64,000 bases of DNA from an uncultured delta proteobacterium (GCA_963771175.1 CAVYSY010000026.1:320001-384000), one strand, 5' to 3'. Numbered from the stretch's first letter, positions 50,586 through 60,282 are shown. The notes: generated by a model not told the origin, from the letters alone. Translations and numbers: made by a program.

Positions 50586-51048
50586 ATGGACAAGCGCGAG
50601 GTCTGCCTGCTCATCGGCCGGGACGGGACGGTGCTGTGGAGCGATGCCTCGGACAGTCCCGTGCTGGCTGCCGGACTCGCGCGCACGCTGGGAGGCCATC
50701 TGGCGGCTGCGCGACGAGCTGGAGGAGATTGCTCACAGCCACCCGGTGGGACCGCTGGGCTTCAGCGCCGAGGACGAGACGACGATGGCGGCGCTCACCG
50801 AGGCGCTCGGACGGCCAGTGCGCTTCTCGGTGGTGGCGCCCGACGGCATGGTGGTGCGCGAGGACGGTCGAGACTTCATCGTCACCGAAGAGCCCGCCTG
50901 GGCCGGACACATGCGGGCCGACTCCGGAATGAGCTCCCTCGACCATCCGGCGGTAACCGCACCTCCTCTCCGCCCTCCAGAAGGTGACACTCGTCGGTTC
51001 GACGGAGACTTCTTCGAGGCGCATGAGCCGGTAGGATGCGGCGCGTGA
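50586..51048 (+). CDS. JAB/MPN metallo-isopeptidase (frameshifted, end uncertain)
   Basis: N-terminal REVCLLI (catalytic Glu) and AHSHPVGPLGFSAED (HxH-x7-S-x2-D JAMM motif). Confidence 0.8.
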
Positions 51049-51308
51049 GCGCGAACGAGCACGACGATGAGGGACGGACGGATCGCTGGCAGAGCCTCGT
51101 GACAGGGGCCTTCCTGCTCGAGGAGTCGCTGAAGGCAACCCCTCCCCCGAGTGACACACGGCCCCCCAGAGCGCTCGCGGTGAGCTACCTCGACAGCGTG
51201 CTGGAGGTGTTCCCCTCCAGCGTGGACCCGGTCGAGGACTTCGAGGGCTACGCCATCCGGCGGATGGCGCTCGCCCTGCGCCGGGCCCTGGAGGAGAGCG
51301 GACGCTGA
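51036..51308 (+). CDS. Small hypothetical protein
   Basis: GC3-rich ORF of 90 aa following the JAB gene. Confidence 0.5.
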   Translation: MRRVSANEHDDEGRTDRWQSLVTGAFLLEESLKATPPPSDTRPPRALAVSYLDSVLEVFPSSVDPVEDFEGYAIRRMALALRRALEESGR

Positions 51309-51324
51309 GCGCTCCGGGCCGGGC

Positions 51325-51985
51325 TCACACCGGACGGAGCTCGGAACGGTAGCCGCCCTGCTCGACGGGAGGCTGGGTCCCGAGCTTCTGCTCGACGGCC
51401 TTCACGCCGAAGGCGCTGGGGTCGAGCTGGTCGCGGCCGGAGAAGACGCCGCGGGCGCGGCCCAGCAGCCACCCGAGGCCCTTCACCGCATCCCGGAGAA
51501 TCCGGATGGGCGCCGCGCGCGACATGAGCGGCGGGCTGAGCTGGTCGAGCTCCTCGCCCTTCAGGGTCATCTCCTTCACCCCCACGCCTTGCGAGTACAC
51601 CATCTCCGCCGCCCAGCCAGCCGGTATAGGAGGCGAAGGCGAACGCGCCCAGTCCCAGGAGGGTGGAGAGCAGAGAGGGACGGTGGCTCGCCCGCCATGT
51701 GGCGACCCCGAAGGCCCCCAGCACGATGACGACGTTGCCGAGCCCGTGCAGGAACATCATGTCCTTGGAGTGCTTGTCGGTCTTCACCTCCTGGGAAGCG
51801 GCCATCCCGGCCAGACCCGCGAGCAGCCCGCCCGCCGCGACGCTCCACCACAGCGTCCGGCCCGCCCGGTCCAACCTCCGGTCCTGGCTGAACGTCGCCG
51901 CCAGGTCGACGATGACCGTGGACGGCAACAGCGCCAGTGGAGCGTGAATCAACATCGGGTGCAGCTCGTGTACGCGCGTTTCCAT
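51325..51985 (-). CDS. DUF2231-type membrane protein (frameshifted)
   Basis: LHPMLIHAPLALL, AGLAG, FLHGLGN, YTGWLGG.MVY..GVGV. Confidence 0.75.
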
Positions 51986-52177
51986 GGGCTTCCTCCTCGT
52001 CCAGGGAACCTTGGGGCACGCGGCCCCACTGGCAACCCGCCCGCCTGTCCGTCGGGAGTCACGGTTCCCGACGGAGGAGCATCCGCGGGGGAGGGCAGGC
52101 GAGGCGGCAGCCCCCTTGTCGGGGAGGACGGGCGTGGGCAGACCCCGGGCACGGGCGCGCTGCCCCAGGAGGGCTCG

Positions 52178-52394
52178 GTGAAATCCGCGGGGCTGATGCT
52201 GGTGCTGGCGGGGCTCGTCCTCGCCGTCGTGGGGCTGCTGGTGTACTCGGGCGCGCTGTCCTGGTTCGGCCGCCTGCCGGGCGACCTGCGCTGGGAAGGC
52301 GAGCACACCCGGCGTCTACGTCCCGCTGACCTCGATGCTGCTGCTCTCCGTGCTGCTCAGCTTGCTGGCCTTCGTGGTGCGCCGGCTCCTCTAG
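52178..52394 (+). CDS. DUF2905-type small membrane protein (frameshifted)
   Basis: WFGRLPGDLRWE...YVPLTSMLLLSVLL. Confidence 0.75.
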
Positions 52395-52516
52395 CTCCAG
52401 GGCCTCGCGATGCGCGCGTGCATTCGTCGTGTGGAGTTCACTCGGCGCCGACAACACTTGGGTGCTGGCGCACAGTGACTAGGCTTGCACTCGCTCACCT
52501 TCAGGAGGAGCACTGG

Positions 52517-52999
52517 ATGACGAACGAGTCACGCCCGCCGCAAGAGGCCGAACAGCAGAACACGGCCGAGCTGATGGCCCCGCCCACCACCCCTTCCATG
52601 GGCCAGCGCCCCGCCTCCGTGACGCCCACGGGCCGGGCCGGTGCCCGGCGGAAGATGGGCAAGACGGGGCCGGCGGCCAAGAAGGGCCGCACCGTCGCGA
52701 AGCGCAAGCCGGAGAAGAAGCGCCCCGCCAAGCAGGCGAGGGGGGCGGCGGCACGCAAGACCACGCGTGCTGGCGCGACCAGCAGCTTCCGCAAGAAGGA
52801 GGGCTGGAAGTCCGAGGCCACGGTGGGCGGCCGCAAGCCCTCCGCCTCGCAGAAGAAGGGCCCCACCAAGAAGGCAGGTCCAGCCCGGAAGACCGTGGCC
52901 CGGCGCGCCACCGCCGCCAGGACCGCCACCGGGCGAGGCACGGCCGCGAAGCGCACCACCGCGAAGCGCACCACCGCGAAGCGCACCACCCGCCGCTAG
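52517..52999 (+). CDS. Lys/Arg/Ala/Thr-rich histone-H1-like basic protein
   Basis: AGGAGG RBS; low-complexity basic sequence; AKRTT tandem repeat x3. Confidence 0.6.
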   Translation: MTNESRPPQEAEQQNTAELMAPPTTPSMGQRPASVTPTGRAGARRKMGKTGPAAKKGRTVAKRKPEKKRPAKQARGAAARKTTRAGATSSFRKKEGWKSEATVGGRKPSASQKKGPTKKAGPARKTVARRATAARTATGRGTAAKRTTAKRTTAKRTTRR

Positions 53000-53015
53000 G
53001 CGCCCTCCCCGCTCC

Positions 53016-54761
53016 TCACGGCCTGACACCAGGAGGGGCCTGGAGGCGTCGCCGCTCGAGCACCCGCCGGAATCCGCTCTCCTTCTCGGAGGAGACGCAC
53101 ACCGCGTGGCCGTCGAGCACGCCACACACCACCGACTCCGGGTGGCGCAGGAAGGGCGCCAGGTACGCGGGGTGGACCACGTAGACGCTCTCGGGTTGGA
53201 ACTCGCCGCGCCCAGCCTCCTGCTGGAGCGCGGTGCAGTAGGCCTGGGCCCGGGCAGGGTCCACTCGCGCGAGGTATGCGCTGTTGAAGGTCATCCCCAG
53301 GGAGGCCGCCTTGTACGCGAACATGGGAGTGAAGGGCGCGCCGGCTCCGGGGTGCGGACAGCCTCGGCCGTTCCCGTCGTGGAGCTGCGGCGGGAACAGC
53401 ACGAGGTGGCGGTAGTCGTCCTTCATCCGGTCCCACTCGGGCGAGCGCAGGGCGTTCCAGGACTGGCCCTGGAAACGCTCCTGGGCCACGGCCGGGCCGA
53501 GGTCGAACATCTGCACGCCCACGGCGAGAGCGAGCAGCCCCGTGCCCACCCACGGTCGGCGGCGCCACGCACCCAGCACGAGCGCGAGCGCCCCCGTCAG
53601 CAAGGCGTAGTGCAGCGGCCAGATGAAGCGCCCCGAGGAGCGGAACGGCTCCACGAGCCGCATCACCGGCCCGTAGAGCCCCTGCAGGTCCAGCACCGGC
53701 CGACCCGCGAAGGTGACGCGCGAGGAGAGCGCGAACACGCCCAGCAGGAAGCAACCCACCGCCAGGGGCAGCGCGCGCTTCCACTGGGGCGTCCACTCCG
53801 AGTGCCGCGCCAGCCGCGACACCAGCGCGGAGCCCACGCCCAGCCCGAGCAGGAGCAGCACGCCCAGGCCCAGGTAGCCGAAACCCTCGTACTGGCCGCG
53901 CGCCGTGTTCAGGGTGGGCAGCAGCCGGGACCAGCCCATGGGATTGACGAGCGTGAGCAGGTCCGACGAGACATCACCGAAGCCCTCGATGCCGGCCGGG
54001 GTGCTCGTGCCCACGTAGCCGAGCAGCCAGAAGAGGCCCAGCAGGAGCGCGACGAGCCCCCCCAGGGAGAGTCCCACCCCACGCCAGGAGAGCGTCCCGT
54101 CCACCAGACGCAGCCGCAGCAGCGCCGCCGCCGCCAGCACCAGCCCCATGGCGGACAGGTACGGGTGGATGGTGGCGCTCAACGCCATCAGGAGGAACAT
54201 CACCGCCACGGCGCGCCGCGCCCCCGCCCGGTCCGGCCAGTCGCGCAGGTTCACCCAGAAGAGCCCGAGCAGGAGCCAGTGCGCGCAGAGGCTGTCATGC
54301 CCCAGGCGCCACATCAGCACGGGCGCGAGCGCGAAGAGCGCGCCTCCGAGAAAGTGCGCGGCCAGGTTCGGGGTGAAGAGCGCCGTCAGCCGGGCACCCA
54401 GATAGCCCTGGAGGGCGAAGCACAGCGCGAGCCAGGGGCCGATGTACTGGAACGGGAACGGCAGCAGCCCCGCGAAGGGCCGCAGCAGCAGGGCCACCAG
54501 GGGGATGGAGTCCATGTAGCCCAGGGTCGTCCCGAGCGGGTGCGCCAGACCGGGCACGGCCCCGAGGGGAAGCCCCAGCAGCGGCTCGTTGCGGAAGAAG
54601 AGCCAGCCCGTGAGGTGCTGGGACCAGTCGCCCACCATCAGCCAGTCCACCTGGCCCGGGTTCAGCGTCCGGTCTCCATGACTCAGGATGAACCAGAGCA
54701 CGCCGAAGGCCGCCGCCAGCAACGCGGGCAGGTGCTCCCGCCCCCGCTGCCACACGTTCAT
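53016..54761 (-). CDS. Polytopic membrane protein (GT-C-like, DUF6311 type)
   Basis: GDWSQHLTGWLFFR, GYMDSIP, FQYIGPW, QYEGFGYLGLG, FRSSGRFIWP. Confidence 0.65.
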   Translation of the reverse strand: MNVWQRGREHLPALLAAAFGVLWFILSHGDRTLNPGQVDWLMVGDWSQHLTGWLFFRNEPLLGLPLGAVPGLAHPLGTTLGYMDSIPLVALLLRPFAGLLPFPFQYIGPWLALCFALQGYLGARLTALFTPNLAAHFLGGALFALAPVLMWRLGHDSLCAHWLLLGLFWVNLRDWPDRAGARRAVAVMFLLMALSATIHPYLSAMGLVLAAAALLRLRLVDGTLSWRGVGLSLGGLVALLLGLFWLLGYVGTSTPAGIEGFGDVSSDLLTLVNPMGWSRLLPTLNTARGQYEGFGYLGLGVLLLLGLGVGSALVSRLARHSEWTPQWKRALPLAVGCFLLGVFALSSRVTFAGRPVLDLQGLYGPVMRLVEPFRSSGRFIWPLHYALLTGALALVLGAWRRRPWVGTGLLALAVGVQMFDLGPAVAQERFQGQSWNALRSPEWDRMKDDYRHLVLFPPQLHDGNGRGCPHPGAGAPFTPMFAYKAASLGMTFNSAYLARVDPARAQAYCTALQQEAGRGEFQPESVYVVHPAYLAPFLRHPESVVCGVLDGHAVCVSSEKESGFRRVLERRRLQAPPGVRP

Positions 54762-54912
54762 CCCAGCTCCACCTGTGTTCCCCATCGGTCCCCCCCTTAG
54801 CGGAAAGGCGAGCCGAAGCGTACCGCCTTCCCGTGGGCCCGGCGGGCCATCGGCCGCGCCCCGGACTCCGAGGCGGTGGACGGGCCCCGGAGGTCTTGCC
54901 ATCGTCCGGGCC

Positions 54913-55858
54913 ATGCGAATTGCTCGTCTGCTGACCCTCTCCGCGCTGGCGTTCGCGGCCCCCGCCGCTCGCCGCCCCCCCCAAGGGAAAGACCACCATG
55001 ACGAAGCCCTCCGAGACAAAGCCCTCCGAGACGAAGCCGCCCGACCTCGAGGCCGAGACGCGCGCCTGGCACCAGAAGCGCATCGCGAGCCTCACGTCCG
55101 ATGATGGCTGGCTCACCCTGGTGGGGCTGCACTGGTTGAAGGAAGGCGCCAACGACTTCGGCTCCTCGGAGGAGAACGAGTGCGTCTTCCCCGCGGGGAC
55201 GCCGGCGCGCATCGGCACCCTCACCCTGAAGGGCGGCAAGGTGACGCTGGCCGTCGCGCCGGGAGTCACCCTCACCCGGGCCGGCCAGCCCTTCACCGGA
55301 GGCGAGCTGCGCGACGACTCCGACGGCACGCCGGATGTGCTCTCGCTGGGGACGCTGCGCTTCTTCGTCATCCGCCGGGCAGAGCGGATTGGCATCCGGG
55401 TGAAGGACTCGGAGGCCGAGGCGCGCAAGAAGTTCCACGGCATCCCCACCTACCCGGTGAGCGCGGCCTGGCGCGTCGAGGGCCGCTTCGAGCCGGCGGC
55501 CACGCCCCGGAAGCTGTCGGTGCCCACGATGCTCGGCACGGTGGAGGAGATGAACTCGCCGGGCACGGCGGTGTTCACGGTGAACGGCCAGGAGTACCGG
55601 CTGGACGTCACGCAGGAGCCCGGGGACCCGCAGCTCTTCATCATCTTCTCGGACCTGACCAACCGCACGGAGACGTACGGCGCGGGCCGCTTCCTGTACG
55701 CGGACCTGCCCCGGGACGGGAAGGTGGTGCTGGACTTCAACCAGGCCTACAACCCCCCGTGCGCCTTCTCGCCCTACGCGACGTGCCCGCTGCCTCCGCC
55801 GCAGAACCGTCTGAAGCTGCGCGTGGAGGCCGGCGAGAAGCGCTACGGCGACCACTGA
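54913..55858 (+). CDS. DUF1684 family protein (frameshift after signal peptide)
   Basis: GWLTLVGLHWL, ETYGAGRFL, LDFNQAYNPPCAFSPYATCPLPPPQN. Confidence 0.88.
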
Positions 55859-55860
55859 GT

Positions 55861-55890
55861 CGTCAGGAACACCGTCCGCCTCACGTCTCC
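55861..55890 (+). promoter_or_regulatory. Putative ECF promoter of the Ubl-E1 operon
   Basis: CGTCAG-GAACACCGTCCGCCTCA-CGTCTCC (17-nt spacer). Confidence 0.65.
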
Positions 55891-55955
55891 CAAGCGGAAA
55901 ACCCGGCCGGGCCGAGCCCTCGGTCCGGGCCGGAGTGGACGCGAGGAGGCGTGAC

Positions 55956-56201
55956 ATGGCGACGCTGAACATCACCTACAACGGGCTGTCCTCGGACCTG
56001 CCGCTGGAGCTGGACGGCCACGTGGCGGACGTGGACGTGCGGCGCATCGCGGTGGAGGTGGTGCGCTCGGGCGGGGCGCCGGGGCTGCACATCGCCAACC
56101 TGCGCGAGGACGCCTTCGCCCACTACGTGGTGGACCGGTTCCGCGGGCCCCGGGGCGAGGAGCGCATCTACCTGCGGCCCAAGGTGCCCTTCGGGGCGTG
56201 A
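55956..56201 (+). CDS. Putative ubiquitin-like (beta-grasp) protein, 81 aa
   Basis: GAGGAGG RBS; N-terminal beta hairpin (ATLNITYNGLSSDL), helix, C-terminal IYLRPKVPFG-A; immediately upstream of the ThiF gene. Confidence 0.65.
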   Translation: MATLNITYNGLSSDLPLELDGHVADVDVRRIAVEVVRSGGAPGLHIANLREDAFAHYVVDRFRGPRGEERIYLRPKVPFGA

Positions 56202-56214
56202 GGGAGGGCCCACC

Positions 56215-56793
56215 ATGCGCATCGTCTTCTGCGGAGTGGGGGCCATCGGCTCCACGGCGGCGGTGCTGTGCCGCAACCTGGAGGCGACGCTCGTCTTCAT
56301 CGACTTCGACCGGGTGGAGTCCAAGAACCTGCTGGCGCAGGCCTTCGTGAAGCCCTCGGTGGGGAAGAACAAGGCGGAGGCGCTGAAGCTCCAGTTGCTC
56401 AACCTGCACGGGGTGAAGGCCGAGGCCTTCGGCGTGCGGGTGACGCGGGACAACGTGGCGGCGCTGTGCGGGAGCGCGGACCTGCTCGTCGACTGCTTCG
56501 ACAACCAGGAGAGCCGGCTGCTGCTGAGCGGGTTCGCCCGGAGCGCGGGCAAGCCGCTGGTGCACGGGGCGCTGGCGGCGGACGGCACCTTCGGGCTGGT
56601 GCGCTGGGACGAGCGCTTCGTCCCGGACGCCGAGGACACCGTGGGCCAGGCCACCTGCGAGGGCGGCGCGCACCTGCCGCTCATCGGCCAGCTCGGCGCC
56701 ACGCTCGCACGGGTAGTGCAGGACTTCGTGAAGCACGGCACTCGCCGTGACGCGATGGTGAGCCTCGTGGCGGTGACGCCGACCGCGAGCTGA
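56215..56793 (+). CDS. ThiF/MoeB/E1-like adenylyltransferase
   Basis: CGVGAIGS, IDFDRVESKNLLAQ, GKNKAEA, VDCFDN; candidate Cys in ATCEG. Confidence 0.88.
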   Translation: MRIVFCGVGAIGSTAAVLCRNLEATLVFIDFDRVESKNLLAQAFVKPSVGKNKAEALKLQLLNLHGVKAEAFGVRVTRDNVAALCGSADLLVDCFDNQESRLLLSGFARSAGKPLVHGALAADGTFGLVRWDERFVPDAEDTVGQATCEGGAHLPLIGQLGATLARVVQDFVKHGTRRDAMVSLVAVTPTAS

Positions 56794-56828
56794 AGGAAGG
56801 GGGATATGCTCCAGGGCACGAGGTCCTC

Positions 56829-57422
56829 ATGCACCGTGTCGCGTTGCTCCTCTGTTCCCTCTGTGTCCTCTGCCCGCGGGTAGCGCTGGCGGAAGACTTC
56901 GTGACCCGCATCCAGAACTGGTTCTCGGGGCTCGGGAAGCCCGCGGCCCCGCCCCCTCCCGAAGACCTGGGTGCCCGGAACACCTTCACCATCAACCCGA
57001 TGGTGCTCCGGGACGAGCGGCTCGGCGTCGAGTACGAGCGCGCCTTCGGCCGGGGCTTCTCCGTCTACCTCGCGCCCGAGTTCGCCTATGGCCAAGCGGA
57101 GCACTCCTGGAACCTGTCGCTCGGAGGGACGCTGGGCACGCGCTTCTTCGTGCTCGGCAGCGCCCCCAGCGGCATCTACTTCGGACCCGAGTTCGGCGTG
57201 GACTACCAGCGCGCCTACCAGGACCAGAAGCTGCGGAAGGGCTTCGGGCTGGGGCTCGGCGGGAACGTCGGCTGGACCCTGGTGCTCTTCAACCGCCTCA
57301 CGGTCGCGGCGGGGCTCTCGGCCCAGTACCGGGCCATCCCGGACCTCGAGTCCTCCGAGGAGGAGGCCATCCGTGTGGAGCTCGTGCCCACCCCTCGACT
57401 GGCCTTCGGCGTGGCCTTCTGA
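56829..57422 (+). CDS. Outer-membrane beta-barrel protein
   Basis: Signal peptide, alternating beta strands, C-terminal Phe (LAFGVAF). Confidence 0.7.
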   Translation: MHRVALLLCSLCVLCPRVALAEDFVTRIQNWFSGLGKPAAPPPPEDLGARNTFTINPMVLRDERLGVEYERAFGRGFSVYLAPEFAYGQAEHSWNLSLGGTLGTRFFVLGSAPSGIYFGPEFGVDYQRAYQDQKLRKGFGLGLGGNVGWTLVLFNRLTVAAGLSAQYRAIPDLESSEEEAIRVELVPTPRLAFGVAF

Positions 57423-57430
57423 CCCGGGGC

Positions 57431-58207
57431 CTACCGCCGCTTCACCGCGAAGGGCCCGAAGGCCTGGTCGGCCGGCATCACCTCGACGAGGTTGATGTTC
57501 ACATGGGCCGGTCGCGACGCCGTCCACACCACGATGTCCGCGATGTCCCGCGCGGTGAGCGGCTCCATGCCCGCGTACGTGGCGTTGGCGCGCGAGGCAT
57601 CGCCCTTGAAGCGCACCAGTGAGAACTCGGTCTCGACCATGCCGGGCTCGATGTTGGTGACGCGCACCCGGGTGCCGATCAGGTCCGCCTTGAGGTTCTG
57701 GGAGAACTGGTGGACGAAGGCCTTGGTGGCGCCGTAGACGTTGCCGCCCGGGTACGGGTAGGTGGCCGCCACCGAGCCGATGTTCACCACGTGCCCGCGG
57801 TTGCGCGCCACCATGCCCGGCAGCAGCGCGCGCGTCACGTAGAGCAGGCCCTTGCAGTTGGTGTCGATCATCCGCTCCCAGTCATCGAGCGAGCCCTGGT
57901 GCGCGGGCTCGAGCCCCAGGCCCAGGCCGGCGTTGTTGACGAGGATGTCCACCTCGGAGAAGGGCGGGGAGAGCCGGGCGAGCGAGTCCTCCACCTCGCG
58001 GCGCTGGCTCACGTCGAAGAGGAGGACGTGCGAGGGACCCGGCAGGCGCGCGGCGAGCTCCTCGAGGCGGGACTCGCGGCGGCCGGTGAGGACGAGGCGG
58101 GCACCAGCGGCGGAGAGGAGCTCGGCGCAGGCCGCGCCGATACCGGAGCTGGCCCCCGTGACGAGGGCGGTCTGGCCCGAGAGAGGGCCTTGGACAGGAG
58201 CGTTCAT
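57431..58207 (-). CDS. Short-chain dehydrogenase (YdfG-like)
   Basis: TGASSGIG, NNAG, YGATK, IEPGMVETEFS. Confidence 0.9.
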   Translation of the reverse strand: MNAPVQGPLSGQTALVTGASSGIGAACAELLSAAGARLVLTGRRESRLEELAARLPGPSHVLLFDVSQRREVEDSLARLSPPFSEVDILVNNAGLGLGLEPAHQGSLDDWERMIDTNCKGLLYVTRALLPGMVARNRGHVVNIGSVAATYPYPGGNVYGATKAFVHQFSQNLKADLIGTRVRVTNIEPGMVETEFSLVRFKGDASRANATYAGMEPLTARDIADIVVWTASRPAHVNINLVEVMPADQAFGPFAVKRR

Positions 58208-58227
58208 GGAGCCGCCATACTACCGGC

Positions 58228-59614
58228 TCACGGGGAGGGCCAGCGCTCCAGTTCCATCTCGTCGAGGAACACCGTGTGGTTGTTGCCGTTCAGCGGCTGG
58301 ACGGCGATGCCGCGCACGGCCTTCAGGGTGAGCCCGTCGTTGGGTGCGCCCGCGGGCTGCCAGTCGTTCCGCCGGGTGAAGGCCGACAGGGGCACGCTCA
58401 TCCACTTCCAGCCGACGTTGTCATCCTTGAAGCCGAACTCGAAGCGCTCGGCCGAGTCCGCGCTGTCGCCGTTGTCCCACAGCTCCAGGCGGAAGGAGTC
58501 TCCGGTGTTGGTGCCGTGGAACCAGAAGTTCAGGTAGTGCCCCTGGCTCCAATCCAGGGGCGTCTCGAAGGTGCGCGCGAGGCTGGCCTGCGACGAGCTG
58601 GCGATGTCGTACTCCAGCACGAACGTGTTCCCCACGTGCCCATACTCATGCAGCCAGACGTTGAGCCGCGAGCCCGACCCGACCGACATCGTCCAGGTGC
58701 CGAGCGCCTCGAAGTCCTCCACCACCTCCTTCGGAGCGGCCAGCCCGTAGCGGACCTCGTCATAGAAGGAGACCATCGGCGAGCCCGGCCAGGTGAAGGA
58801 GCCCATCCAGTACTCGGTGCCCGGACCGACGCCGGGCCAGAAGTTCATGATGATCCGCCCCGGATGGGAGGGCAACGACCCCAGCGGGCCCGTCGCGCTC
58901 TGGACACGCGAGCCGTCGACGTACCAGTGGAGGGCCTCGCGCGTCCATTCGAGGCCGTAGGTGTGGAAGGCCTCCGCGGCGTCGAAGGGAAGGTCGAGCC
59001 CCGCGTAGTGGCCCTGTCCGTTGACCACGTAGTTCATCTGCATCCGCCGGGTGTTCAGCCCGACGAAGGCGATGTCGATGCCATCCCAGCGCGTATTCTC
59101 AGCCGGGCCCGTGTAGATGCTGAAGGACGTCAGCGTGCCCGAGCCGCGCGCGGGCTTCATCCGGACCTCGTAGCGCCCGTAGCCGTGGAGCCGCGTGGAG
59201 GCGACCTCGCCCGAAGCATAGGGGCGGCCGGAGCACCCGTCCGGGCACGGCGTCTTGTCGAGCTGCAGCTCCAGGATCCCACCGTTGGCCCGCACGTGGT
59301 CGGCACGCCAGCCGGCATTGAAGTCCTCGCTGCTGGCCCAGCCATCCGAGCGGCGCCAACGCGTGGTGTCGAACGTGTCGAACGTGTCGTCGAAGGTCCC
59401 AGGGCCCTCCAGCCAGGAGAGTGTCGGGGGGCCACCGTCGACGCCGCCGACATAATCGCTACTTCCCGCGTCCGTCCCACCAGCCACCGCCACCTCCTCC
59501 CTGCCCCACACCTCCATCGGAGGTGGAGATGCCGTCGTAGTCGGACCAGCGGCAGCCCGCCTGGAGCAGACCGGTCGCCAGCAGGAGCAGTCCCCATCTC
59601 ACGTTGCGAGCCAT
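58228..59614 (-). CDS. GH16 (lichenase-like) lipoprotein with C-terminal CBM-like domain; catalytic glutamates absent
   Basis: Lipobox LQAGC; YASGE, YGRYEVRMKPA, FHTYG, IMNFWPG; WDGIDIAF in place of WDEIDIEF. Confidence 0.8.
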
Positions 59615-59730
59615 GTGTCGCACCCTCCTTGGACGCGCATGGCGCCGAATCTACCAAGCCGGGCCCTCCCGGGTGCGCCGCCTGGCTGCTCGCTCTCCGA
59701 AACCGTCCGAAAAACTCCGGGAAAATGCCG

Positions 59731-59759
59731 CGTCAGGATTCCGGGAACCCAGCGTCCAT
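59731..59759 (+). promoter_or_regulatory. Putative ECF promoter of the tRNA array
   Basis: CGTCAG-GATTCCGGGAACCCAG-CGTCCAT (16-nt spacer). Confidence 0.7.
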
Positions 59760-59782
59760 TACCCGTGAAAGGAGCGGTGACG

Positions 59783-59956
59783 ATGCGGACGATGACGAAG
59801 CAGAGCACGATGAATCCGAAGCAGCACAGCAACGCCGGTTTCAAGCCCGTGCGCTTCAGCATCCGCCCGGTCCCCGCCTCCTCGTATCCGCTGTATCCCG
59901 TCGACGGGCGCGATTCCCGCGGCTCCTTCGACCCGCCACACCCTGGCCTCTTCTGA
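59783..59956 (+). CDS. Putative leader peptide (57 aa) of the tRNA array
   Basis: AAAGGAG RBS; MRTMTKQSTMNPKQHS...SFDPPHPGLF*; ends just before a terminator hairpin. Confidence 0.55.
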   Translation: MRTMTKQSTMNPKQHSNAGFKPVRFSIRPVPASSYPLYPVDGRDSRGSFDPPHPGLF

Positions 59957-59983
59957 TGCTCCGCCTCCCGAAGTGAGGCGGCG

Positions 59984-60028
59984 GCGAAAGAGGCCGGGTT
60001 CCCGAAAGGGGCCCGGCCTCTCGCTTTT
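59984..60028 (+). terminator. Intrinsic terminator/attenuator hairpin
   Basis: GCGA-AA-GAGGCCGGG-TT-CCC GAAA GGG-G-CCCGGCCTC-TCGC followed by TTTT. Confidence 0.65.
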
Positions 60029-60044
60029 CCAGCCTCACTCCTCC

Positions 60045-60131
60045 GGGGACGTAGAGCGTTACGCGAAGACGCACCGGCCTGTAGAGCCGGAGCCTTCAAT
60101 GGCCCGCTGGGTTCAACTCCCAGCGTCCCCA
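60045..60131 (+). tRNA. tRNA-Tyr(GTA)
   Basis: Acceptor GGGGACG/CGTCCCC; anticodon arm CCGGC-CTGTAGA-GCCGG; long variable arm; T-arm CTGGG-TTCAACT-CCCAG. Confidence 0.8.
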
Positions 60132-60150
60132 CTCCGCAGTGGAAGTACGG

Positions 60151-60168
60151 GTTCTCTGACAACTGAAT
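60151..60168 (+). promoter_or_regulatory. boxA-like antitermination element
   Basis: GTTCTCTGACAACTGAAT resembles rRNA-operon boxA (GYTCTTTRACAA). Confidence 0.45.
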
Positions 60169-60211
60169 CGCAGTGGTGAAGCGCCGCCTGCCCTCAAGCG
60201 AGGCGGCACAC

Positions 60212-60282
60212 GCCTCCGTAGCTCACGGGTAGAGCATCCGCCTCTTAAGCGGACGGTGAGGGTTCGAGTCCCTCCGGAGGTA
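60212..60282 (+). tRNA. tRNA-Lys(CTT)
   Basis: GCCTCCG/CGGAGGT; TCCGC-CTCTTAA-GCGGA; GAGGG-TTCGAGT-CCCTC. Confidence 0.88.

Noticed and set aside
55956..56793. Ordinary ThiS/ThiF or MoaD/MoeB sulfur-relay pair
   Set aside because: No GG terminus, no CxxC or rhodanese in the E1, and no cofactor-biosynthesis neighbours; disfavoured but not excluded
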